In this document: positions 33,145 through 44,061 of the stretch, one piece after another | Layout: each line of letters begins with the position of its first letter | Position numbering within the stretch: position 1 is the stretch's first letter | From: Prasinococcaceae sp. CCMP 1430 | Taxonomy: Eukaryota > Plantae > Prasinodermophyta | Reading direction: 5' to 3' | Length of the DNA: 64,000 nucleotides | Assembly (NCBI GenBank): GCA_013416795.1 | Contig: RQSC01000523.1 | Location: forward strand, 179,202-243,201 | Program-made: the position numbers and the translations under genes | The notes under the pieces: generated by a model | What the model saw: the letters and a program-made list of their open reading frames with translations, nothing else | Database searches by the model: none | Told to the model about the DNA's origin: nothing

Positions 33145-33559
33145 ACTATATCACGATACCATGACAATGTGCATGCACGTGCACCAACAAATGCCTCCCA
33201 AAAAATCAAGGGGGAAAATAAAAAAGCGTCTGAGTGCGCTGCGCAGCGCAGCAGCGCCGATTGACCTCCCCTCCCGCCTTCCGCCACCAGGACGTTGTTT
33301 TTTTCCGGAGGGCGCTTTCGGCGCGTCGGCGATCCGATCGGATGCCCGGCGGGGTGTCGAAAGCGCGGCCGCGCGGCGATTTCGGCGGCGCCTGCCGCGA
33401 TTTCGTGGGAGCACGCACGTGTGTGTGCGTGGGTGTGTGTGGGGGGGGGAGGGGGGGTGTGGTCGTTGATAGAGCGCGCACTGGGGTGCGCGTGTGTGTC
33501 GACAACAACGAATTGGCGCTTGTGGTCGTCGCCGCTGGCGGTGACGAGCGTGCGGCGGG

Positions 33560-34918
33560 GCCGAGGGGGAGGGCGAGGGCGAGGGGCGCGACTGGGAGGT
33601 CGAGTGCTGGAGGCGCCACGCGCAGCGGCTTGCCGAGTCGACCGAGGCCATGCTAGCAGAAATTGGCCAAGGTGGCTCGTTGCTCGACTCTCCCGAGGGG
33701 TGGCGCACGCTCACGGCTGAGTTGGCACCCCCTACGCGCGCGGCGCTCGCCGCTCTGCCTGCAGACATCGAGTGCGCGCTCTTGGTGATCCTGGTGGAGC
33801 TCGCAGACGCCCAGGAGGCCGCCTCCGCACGAAAGGCGGGTGCGCTGCCGGTGCGGCACGTTCGCGTGCACGCCCGACCCCTTGCGGGGTCGTGGGGTGC
33901 AGGGGCGACCAAACCGCCGTGTGCCGCTGCAGTCGTCGCGAGAGGGGGCAGGTGGCGCGCGCTCCCATTCGCAAAGGACTCTGCATGGGCGACGCAGCGT
34001 GTGCCGCTGGAGGTTGCGCGCGACGAGGCCAATGCCGCCGAGGGGCTGCTAGCGAACGCGGAGGGCGAGCTGCTGGAGGGCCTCGTGTCAAACGTTTTCG
34101 TCGTGTCGAGAAAGGTTGGCTACCCGGCCGCACCAGGAAGCTTTGGCCAGCTGCTGGCAACTCTCGTCGATGCCGTGCGCTCGTTTTCGGGTATGGGTTC
34201 GGCGGCAAGGTGCGCTTTGCGCCGACGCGAGCGCGCCTTCCCAGACTTTGCTGGAAAGGGGGTGCGAGGGTGGGGGTGGGCCGGGGGGTCATGGGGTGTG
34301 AGAGGGGTGGAAGGAAGACAGAAGGGGTTGATGTGCTGACTGCCGCTTGACTCTCTCGCACGCGCGACCGCGCGACCACAACACAGTGAGCTCTTCCGCT
34401 ACGCGTTTTGGCAGCTCGGCATTGCTCTCGGCGTGTGCAGCGAGGATGACGCGCTCGAGCTGCTCACCGCGCCCGACGACGATGTGCTGCCAGGCGTGAT
34501 GCGCTCGCTCACGCTACAAGCCGCGGCTGCTGAGGGACTCACGGTTAGAAAGGTCGCCCCGGCGCCGACATTGGCAGCCTCGGGTGCTTGGAGCGAAGCG
34601 GCCGTCACTTCTGCACTCAGAGGCATCCAGCCACTCAGCTCTGTGATATGGCCAGAGGGCTTCAAGACTGCCGGGGCCGCGAGCGACGGCAGCCCCAGCG
34701 AGGCAGACGCAACGACGGGCGTGGCAGCCGCCCCCACACACACCACGCACTTCAGTGGCGAGGCGGCCGTACTGACACGGTTACAGCAGCGCGTCGCCGC
34801 GATGGCACGGTTGGAGCGCGTTGGTTTGCAGGGCCTCGACGAAGTCGCGTCAATGGCCGCCGCCGCCGCGGCGGCAGAGGAGGCCCAGATAGCGGCCGAC
34901 GGCTTCGTCAAGATCTGA
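33560..34918 (+). CDS. Class IV PLP-dependent aminotransferase-like protein; start unresolved
   Basis: HAQRLAES, AKDSAW, ELLEGLVSNVFVV, LTAPDDDVLPGVMRSL, EAAVTSALRGIQPL. Phase-0 intron 34115..34414. Confidence 0.8.
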
Positions 34919-35191
34919 TGATGAGTGACCCCGTGCGGATATGGCAGGCAACGACGCCGCAGCACTCCCGCACGTCGCTCGTCTTGTACCCTGAGGCTCT
35001 GGGCCCTTCGCCGGGTCCAACCCAACCTAGCGCGCGCAGCTGACGCGCTCGTGCCGTTGTCAGTACTCTAAGTGATTGTACCTTTTTTTGTTTCTATCGG
35101 CGGGCACGCGCCGGCGGTCTACGCGCCGTCCTTGGTGCAGGCAGGCTCTCTCCGAGGGGCCAATTGCGCGCCCCGTTGAGCTTTGTCCCTC

Positions 35192-36056
35192 CTATTGTCC
35201 GGTCAGCTGATCGAGGAAGCTCTTGGAGCCCGGTGCCTCGACATCGTCGAATGTATCGAGTGGTTCCCTCATGGCGCCGTGCACAGCACACAAGGCGCCG
35301 CTCATGAACACAGCGTACATGAGCGTGTAGCCCACACTCGACAGCAGAAAGAGCACGACGAGGCTGCCAGCGGACATGCCCACGAGCTTTTCGCGCTGAG
35401 AGAGGATGCGGCCGCTCACCACGATTGGCTCCGCCCTTATCGCGAACACGTACGCCCATGAGGCCGCCACCGCCAGGAGCATGACGAGACACAACGGGTT
35501 CAAGACGACAGTACTCACAAGCAGCACGCCCGTGAGGGCTGCGTAGTTGGCCCGAAAGTATACGGCATTGCGCTTGATTCGATCGAGCGCCTCGCCCACG
35601 TTGGCGGGCGGCGCAGCGAGCGCGCTGCGATCGAAGACCTCGCTCAACGGGCGCCGCCCCGCCAGTGCCACGCCTGCTCGCTCCGACACAGCACCGTAGG
35701 CATTTTGCGCGAGGCTGGCGCAGTTCTTCAGCCGCGCCTGCAAGCTAGTATCGTCGGAGGGGGCTGACGAACCTGTCTTGGCAGCGAGCGTGTCCGCAGA
35801 GCGCAGAGCATCGCCAAGGAGTGGAGCGGTGCCAGCGCTGCGTGCGAGGGGCGTGCCGTGTCCGCGCGCAGCCCGTCGTCAGCTACTAGTACTGCTGCTA
35901 CACCCCGCCCCGTCAGTTCGTCAATGGCGCACTCGTGGCCGCCCGAGCCATGCGCGCCCTCTGGGGCGGCTCCGTGCTCAGGCCGTTTCGCGCCTGGCCG
36001 CGCGCGCACCTCCCGTCGGCGCCCCCTTCGAACGCCGGGATGTCCTCGCCGCTCAT
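35192..36056 (-). CDS. PRA1: Prenylated Rab acceptor 1 family protein
   Basis: RRPLSEVFD, RIKRNAVYFRANY, NPLCL and HGAMR. Short first exon MSGEDIPAFEGGADG with phase-2 intron 36009..35838. Confidence 0.9.
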
Positions 36057-36595
36057 GCCGCCGCCCTTGGCCGCGCTGACGCCCCGCGGTCGCCGCGCTC
36101 CGCGCGCGCTGTGGCGCCGCCCCCTCCCGGCGATCATCAACAGCCCTGCGCGCGCCGCGCGCGTCTTTATTTTTCCGCACCTGATGGCGATGGCGGCGCT
36201 CGGGACGCGGCGCGCGTGCGCGCACTCACCATCAAAGTGCATCTTTGCACTTGGGAGCACCAAGTCGCCCGTTTGTTTTTTCCTGGCGCTGACGCGCGCT
36301 GTGACACCGCATGCGGTTTGATGGCGCGCCGAGCGAGCTTCGGTGGCGTCGCGCTCCGGAGCCCGTTTGATGTGAGTTTTTTTTTTTTTTCCCCGCGCGG
36401 TGTGACCTCGCTGGAGCTCTCGAGATTCGAAAACGCCGGGCTGCGTGTGCTCGCTGCCAGAGGCCGCGCGAGGCACGCGTGCGCCACCCCTCCCCCCCCC
36501 TTCCCCCGCTCACACACGCGCGAAAGCGCACCGGCGAGGGAGCTCTCGACCCTCGGATTCGCGCGCCGCGCGCTCGCCTCGGTTCCGGCGCGCCG

Positions 36596-37286
36596 ATGGC
36601 GACGGTGGACGAGCTCAAGGAGGCGCTGCGCGACGCGCTCGAGGCCGACGGCGCGCTCGCGCGCCACCGCGCGGCCGTACGTGCTGCGCGCGGTGCGCGC
36701 GCGCGTCGGCGGTGACGCCAGCGCGTCGGCGGGCGCGCCGCCTCCGCCCGACGCCAACGCACTCATCAATGAGGTGAGCCAACCGCCGGCTGCGCACGGC
36801 CGCTCGCCGCTTCCCGCTTAAGCCCCTGCGCAAGCGCATGGGGGTCTTGAGCGTTTGTGAGCACATCGGCCGCCTCCGACCACCCCAGTACCTACGCCGC
36901 CAGTGTGCACACGCACGCCATCTCGCGCGGGCGCATCCCCCCCCCCCCCCTCTTCTTCCACTCCCACCCTACCTTCCTGCTTGCACCCTGCCCATGAGTT
37001 TGCACACCCTTGCTGACATGGCGGTGGTTGCACTGCTGCGCCCTAGCTGGTGCGCGAGTACCTGGAATGGAATGGCTACCGCGAGGCGCTGAGCGTGCTG
37101 CAGCCCGAGGCGAGCATGCCCGCCGCCTCTCCCTTTGGCCGCGGCTTCGTCGCGAGCAGGCTTGGGCTGGGTGACGCCGATGCTGCTGGGGAGGTGCCAC
37201 TTCTCTACTCACTTGTCGCAAAGGCCGACACAGTGTCCGCGCCGCCGCCGCCCACACCCTCGCCGCCCCAGCAAACGCAGCAATAG
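36596..37286 (+). CDS. CEP20: CEP20/FOR20 (FOPNL) LisH centriolar protein; frame break in exon 1
   Basis: MATVDELKEALRDALEADGAL, NALINE|LVREYLEWNGY and VPLLYSLV parallel FOR20. Intron 36774..37046. Confidence 0.88.
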
Positions 37287-37546
37287 ACTGCACAGCACGA
37301 GGCGGGCGAGCACCGCGGCTGCCCGCGCGTAGCGCAACGCGGCATGTAAACTATCGCGCCGCCTGAGGCGGTGCTGCGCCTTGTACACGCACTCGACGCA
37401 GCATCCTCCTGCGCGTCGCGCGAACGGCCGCACCCGCCGCCTCCACGCGGGCGCGCCCGGCACGCGCCACAGTGCGCGCGCCGAACGCCGCGTTGGGAGC
37501 GCTCCGGGCGCCGCCGCCGCCGGCGCGCGGCAGCGCCCCGCGCGTG

Positions 37547-39036
37547 ATGTCCCTGCCGCGCTGCGACGTGTGCGACGCTCCGTCTGCGCCCTACACGTGC
37601 CCGCGCTGCCTTTGTCGTTACTGCACGGCTGCGTGCTACCGCGCGCACTCGGCGGAGTGCGTTGAGGCGTTTGCGCGAGAGCACGTGTGCGCCGAAGCGA
37701 CGGCTGATGCGCGCGCGGGCGGTGCGGCTGCGGCGGCCACGGCAGCTGCGCTGCGGCGAGTGCGTCTGGGAGACTCGGACGACGAAGGCGATGGCGACAG
37801 CGGCGATGGTGACGAAGACGGTGCGTCGTGTCGCGCAGCGCCGCACGATGCCTCGCCGCACCGCACGCCGCCGCTTCATTGCGCGCCGCGGTGCCCCGCA
37901 GAGGGCGTGTCCGCACTGCGAGATGGCGCTTGCATGCTCGCGCGCTCGCACGTTGACACTCTCGCGGCGCGGTAGCCTCCGAGGCCATCAACCCGGACGA
38001 GCTAGAAAAACAGCTGAGCTCGCTGGACCCCGACACGCTTGACGCGCTCTTGGGCGGCTCCGCCGCAGTGCAGGCCGCGGCGGCGGCTGCGGCAGCGCCT
38101 TGGTGGACTACGCGGGCGGCCTCCGAGGCCTCCGCGGCGGCAGCGGCCGACGGCACCGCGCTTGTGACCGAGGTAGCGAATGAAAACCCGAGCGCCAACG
38201 GCAGCGTGGCGTCGGCCGAGGGCGCTTCCTTGGACGAGCACGCCGGCCAGCGTCTTCCGCCGTTGCCCTCGCAGCCACTACCCGCAATCACGGCGCTCGT
38301 GTCGCGCGCACCGCCGTCCGAGGCGCGCTGGCATTGCGCATCGTTGCTGGCGGGGTATGCGGCGGCATGGCGGCTCTACGGCGGGTGCATGCTCGATGAT
38401 CCGCTGGGTGCGGCAACGGCTGTCTGTGCCGCAGCGCCCGTCTGCATGCCTGGCGGCGCCCAGCCGCGGTCTGCGGCGTGCGCCGCCGAGGCTGCCGTGG
38501 CAGCTGTTGTCGCGCAGCAGAGCGGCGCGGGCGCGCGCAGAAGCGCCGCCGCGGAAGCGGGGCGGTTGGCCGTGGCGGATGCTGCTGCGCTTTGTGACTT
38601 AGGGCGCGCCATCGCGGTGCGCGCGCTCGTGGACCTGGCCGAGCTCTTCGCCGCCGCAGCTGCTGAGCCAGCCGAAGCAGAACTCGCCCACCGCAGCGAT
38701 GGCGCAGGATCAGGCGGCACGCCTGCACGAGCCCTGCACGCGGCCGGCAAGGGCCGAGCAAGCACTTCTCATGGCAACGGCGCTGCCCATCGCAAGGTGC
38801 GGGAGGCGCTACTCGCCTCCAAGAAGGCGCGCTTCTTCGCCTCGTGGGCGAACGAGAGTGCCGACCTCCTGGCCGCAGTGGCAGGCGAGCTCCGACTGTG
38901 GCTGGCGCAGACGGCGGCCGACGCCGAGGGCGCAGCATCGGCGCTCGCCCGAGCTGGCGTCGGAGGCGGCGGGACCGCTATGGGCGCGGCGGGGCTCAGC
39001 GGTGGCGAGGAGCTGAGGCTCCCTCGCAGCGACTGA
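37547..39036 (+). CDS. ZNHIT2: Zinc finger HIT protein, ZNHIT2-like
   Basis: CDVC..YTCPRCLCRYCTAACYRAHSAECVEAF. Phase-1 intron 37821..37975, then a PWW motif and KKARFFASW. Confidence 0.78.
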
Positions 39037-39102
39037 CGGTGATGGATCGCCGCGAGGTGTACTTTAAATCTGTTATATTATTTGTGCCCTGTTGGGTGGG
39101 AG

Positions 39103-42100
39103 TCACAGCAGACGGCGGCGCACAGGCTGTTGTTGGACCGCGCGGACTCCACCGACGACGTTCTCCGCAGCGGCTGCCGCGCTGCCGGCACACTGGCCCG
39201 CAACGTCAGCCATCGCCCCCGGCGCATGGTGCGTACCGTCAGCGCCCTTGAGCACTCCCTCCATGCGCAGGCGAAGTTGCCGCGTGGCTGCCAGCAGCGC
39301 CCCACCGTCCGTGCGCCCGCCACTCGAGCCAGCAGAGTCGGCCGAGCCGTTGCTCGCGTCGCTCGTGCCGCTGCTGTTGGCTGCGCGCGTGACAGTCTGT
39401 GCTATTTGTTCGCCAGAGAGCGGCTGCAGTACCTGCTGCTCGGCCACAGAGGCGATGCCACCGAGCGCCACGCTGACCTTGGCGCACGGGTTGTACGATG
39501 TGACCAACACACCGTCGACGGCATTGCCAGAGTCAAAGTCAACAATGAGCTCAGCGACCGCTGCGGCCGGCACGTTGGCGGCCGATCGTGCCGCGGGCGT
39601 CAGGTCAAGCACACACCACTCTTCCGCGGTAGTGTTGCCAGATGCCACCAGTCTGTGCCAAGCGTCGCCATGCCTGAACCTGCAGCGGATGGCCTTGACG
39701 CGCGGCAAGCTTGTCAGGTTTGCATTGGGCAAATATGACACCCACAGTCCCTTGCTCACGGCCGTGCCGACCTCGGCACCAGGTGCTAGGCACCACCGCT
39801 CCTTGTTGGGCCACACGCGCCCCGCCAGGGCAGCAATGCCCGAGCGCGACGGAGCGCAAGACTGCGGTGAAGGGGCCGGCCCCCCGCCGTGGGCGCCACC
39901 TACGGCCGCTGCCGCCTGCGTTCCGGCGCGCGCCCACGCAAACACCATGCCTGGGCCCAGCGGCGAGCCCGGCGGAGGCACCGTGAGCGTAGCGCGCGTG
40001 GCCGCGCGCATAGCGGTCGGCGGCGATGTGGCGGCGATGGTCGGGGTAGCAGAGGCTCCAGTGGCTGGCTGGGGTGTCGCCGGGACCCTCTTCTGTTGTG
40101 GCGCGTGAGCCTCGTACGTGGGCGCCTCGGCAGGGGTGTGCGGCATCTCAGTTTTGGCCCGTGACGGTGTGCGCATGTCGACGGCCTCTACTGAGCCCGT
40201 CCAGCTGACCGCGGACGCCGCCGTCGAGGCCGCCGCCGAGCTCGCCGGCGTGTTCTGATGCTGCTGAGTGTACTGTTGCGCAGACGGCAGCGGCGGCGTC
40301 GCCGGTGCTGGCGTCATGCCAGTGCGATCTGCTTTCGCAACGACGGCGCTTGCCGGCGGTGTGGACGGTTGACTGCTGCGATTTGAGGCAGCGCTGCTGA
40401 CGCCGCTCGCGGACCCACCCGCGCTCGGCGCTGCCCCGTGCGGCTCTCGGTCAGGCACCGCCGAGTCGCCTACTCGTGTCGGAGCGGCGGGTGGCCTCGC
40501 TCGAAGCGGCGCCGGCCCGTCTTCGGCCGGCACAGCCCCACCAGCGCAGCTCCGCCACTCAGCGACGCGAGATACGGTCGCGGGAGCCGCCAGCCGCGGC
40601 TGGTTCGACGCAACTTCACCCACGGCTGGGGCAGGCGCCACCTTGGCTGCCGCTATCCTGCTCCCCTCGCTCCGCTTCAGTGCCACCTGAAGCTTCGCAA
40701 TCGTCTTGCGCGCGGCCGCGAGGTCATCCTCTGCGTGTCGCCTCCGCGAGCGCTCCAGTGCGAGCTGCACGGGCGACATGGCGAGCACCGCCGCCGCGCT
40801 GGGTCGCTTGGAGGCGTCCTTCTCCAGCATGCGGCTCACCAGGAAGCGCATCTCCGCCGAGAACGTGTGCGGCAGCTGCTTGGCGGGCGAGCCCACGATC
40901 TTGCGCGCGAGCGCCAGCGCGTTTGGCGCGGAGAACGGCGGCGCGCCGGTGGCGAGCTCGTACGCCAGGCATCCGAGCGACCACACATCCGTGCGCGCGT
41001 CGTACGGCCTGCCCTCGCACAGCTCCGGCGAGTAGTAGAGGGGTGTGCCCACGCCGGTCTCGGCGAACGCCGACTCGGCTCCCAGCGCACGGCTCAGACC
41101 GAGGTCCCCGATGATCGCGTCGCCGCGCGCGTCGAGGAAGACGTTGGACGGCTTGATGTCGCGATGGAGCACCCTCCTGGAGTGCAGGTACGTCAGCCCC
41201 TCGGCGACCTGGGCGAGATAGTGCCACACGCGCGCCTCGTCCATCGCGCCGCCCGGCGCCGCCCGGAGCGCGGCGGCGAGGTCTCCGCCCGGCGCGCGCT
41301 CCATGACTATGTGCAGGCGGCCGGAGGCGACGTAGCTCTCGCGATAGACCACCAGCCGCGGGTGGGACAGCCCCTGCAGCAGCTTGGCCTCGTTGAGCGC
41401 CTCCTGCCGCTCGGCCGCCGACGCGCCAGCGAGCTCCAGCTCCTTGATGACGGCGCGCTCGCCTGTGTGGAGGTGCGTCGCGGCGTACACGCGGCCGTAT
41501 GATCCGCGGCCGAGCAGCGCGCCGCGGCGGTACGCGTCGCCGCCGCCGCCGCGCGCGCCCCGCGCCTCNNNNNNNNNNNNNNNNNNNNNNNNNNNNNNNN
41601 NNNNNNNNNNNNNNNNNNNNNNNNNNNNNNNNNNNNNNNNNNNNNNNNNNNNNNNNNNNNNNNNNNNNNNNNNNNNNNNNNNNNNNNNNNNNNNNNNNNN
41701 NNNNNNNNNNNNNNNNNNNNNNNNNNNNNNNNNNNNNNNNNNNNNNNNNNNNNNNNNNNNNNNNNNNNNNNNNNNNNNNNNNNNNNNNNNNNNNNNNNNN
41801 NNNNNNNNNNNNNNNNNNNNNNNNNNNNNNNNNNNNNNNNNNNNNNNNNNNNNNNNNNNNNNNNNNNNNNNNNNNNNNNNNNNNNNNNNNNNNNNNNNNN
41901 NNNNNNNNNNNNNNNNNNNNNNNNNNNNNNNNNNNNNNNNNNNNNNNNNNNNNNNNNNNNNNNNNNNNNNNNNNNNNNNNNNNNNNNNNNNNNNNNNNNN
42001 NNNNNNNNNNNNNNNNNNNNNNNNNNNNNNNNNNNNNNNNNNNNNNNNNNNNNNNNNNNNNNNNNNNNNNNNNNNNNNNNNNNNNNNNNNNNNNNNNNNN

Positions 42101-42500
42101 NNNNNNNNNNNNNNNNNNNNNNNNNNNNNNNNNNNNNNNNNNNNNNNNNNNNNNNNNNNNNNNNNNNNNNNNNNNNNNNNNNNNNNNNNNNNNNNNNNNN
42201 NNNNNNNNNNNNNNNNNNNNNNNNNNNNNNNNNNNNNNNNNNNNNNNNNNNNNNNNNNNNNNNNNNNNNNNNNNNNNNNNNNNNNNNNNNNNNNNNNNNN
42301 NNNNNNNNNNNNNNNNNNNNNNNNNNNNNNNNNNNNNNNNNNNNNNNNNNNNNNNNNNNNNNNNNNNNNNNNNNNNNNNNNNNNNNNNNNNNNNNNNNNN
42401 NNNNNNNNNNNNNNNNTGGCGCGCGCGGCCGCGCGGCGGTAGCGTAGCACGCGCCGCGCCGCGCCGCGTCGGCTGGCGTAGAGACGAGCGGTGCGACCAT
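39103..42500 (-). CDS. NIMA-related (NEK) Ser/Thr kinase with long C-terminal extension; 5' part in gap
   Basis: LGRGSYG, AVIKEL, EAKLLQGLSHP, HRDIKPSNVFL, DLGLSR, VGTPLYYSPE, PYDARTDVWSLGC. Confidence 0.9.
41569..42416. other. Assembly gap (N run)
   Basis: Run of N. Confidence 1.
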
Positions 42501-44061
42501 CCACCCACCCGCCGCCGCAGGCGGCGCCGCGTCGCCGCCCTGCCGCCCTTTCCCCCCCCTCACCCTTCCCCAGCGCCGGCGCCCTCGCTCCCGGAACGCG
42601 CCCGCACGCCCAGCGCAGCCGCAAGCTTGAACCCTACGTACTTTCAACCCCAACCCAAACCAACGCCGGCCGCGTTCGCGTTGATGGGGCTGCTCGGTGT
42701 GACGCGGCCTCTTCTCGGTGAGATTGTCTCCCGTGGGTATATATGAGCAACCTTCGCTCGCTTTGAACGTTGACCTCCACCCGGCCGGGCGGCACCAGGG
42801 CGCGCGCGCGGGGCGCGGCGGCGGTGTCGCCGCGTTCGAATATCGCGGATTGAGGGTCGCGAAATGCGGCGCGCGGGGGGGCGGGTGCCGGGAGCGTGGC
42901 CGCGCGCTCGGCGCGCAAACGGGACGAGGGCGGCGGGGGGGTGAAATGCTCGGGCGCGAGCTCTCTTCCCTCCGAGGGGGAGGTCGTCACCCCTCACCCT
43001 CACCCCCACCCCTCGCCGCCCTCGCCGCCCTCGCCCCCGCGCGCGCCGCCCCTCCCCAGCCGCTCGCGCCCGCCCTCGCGCCGCGCTCCGCTGCCCGCCC
43101 CGGCGCGGGCGCGAAATTGCCGCTTCCGCGAAAACGAGCGAACGCGCCGGTCAACGCCCATCGGCCGAGCTCCAACCCGGGCCTGCAAATACTCTCTCTC
43201 GGGAAAAAAGGGAAATTGTCATTTTTCTGTGCGGACGCATTGGCATTGCCGTTCCATTACATTGGATTTGACGTCCATTTTGCATTTCCGATTCGAATTC
43301 GCTCTGCGCGTGTGCGTTTTTTTTTTTTTTCAATCGCTCGCCTGCGCCCCTCCGTGCCGGCGAGCGCCCAACAGCCACGCGCCGAGCGCGGCAAAAACGA
43401 CGGAACTGTCCGCTCAAAAGCGGTGTGGATGAATTCTGAGAAATGCATTTCGCAGCGGCAGAACGCGGCGAAAGTGCCGCCGCGGGTTCGGTTCGTTCGG
43501 TTCGGGTGCGCGGGGCCGCGCGCGAGGGGGGCGGTGGCGGCGGCGGCGGCGAAACATGCCACGGGCGCCCGCCAGCGGTGCGCCGCTCCCCCGGCGCATG
43601 ACACAGGTGAGGGGGCGCGCGGGGGGCGGCGCGGCGTGCTCGGGCGATGGATGCGCTGGAGCAACATGGGGTCGGGGCGGGCGGCGGAAGGCAGCCGCGC
43701 GCCCCCTGCCGCGTCCGATGCCGTGCCGTATCGCCTGCAGTGCCGCTTCGCCGCTCGGTCCCGTGAGCCGTCCGCTGCCCCCACCCGCACACCCGCACGC
43801 GTTCACGGATGCCGTGTTCAAGGCTTGTTGGTAGCCGCTCGAATCGCACTCCACCAACCCATCCAACCCCTCGGCTCGCACCCCCTCGCCTGTGCTTGGC
43901 TCTGTCCCCGTTCACCGCCCGCGCATCCCCGACCACTCTCTTTCTCGCCCGCTGACGCTCGCCGGCTTGGGCGCCACTGCACCGCACGCGCGTGCCGCCG
44001 CCTCGCGCCCGACCGCGCGCCCAGGCGAAACGCCGGTGAGGCCCTTCTTCGGCCCCACAGC

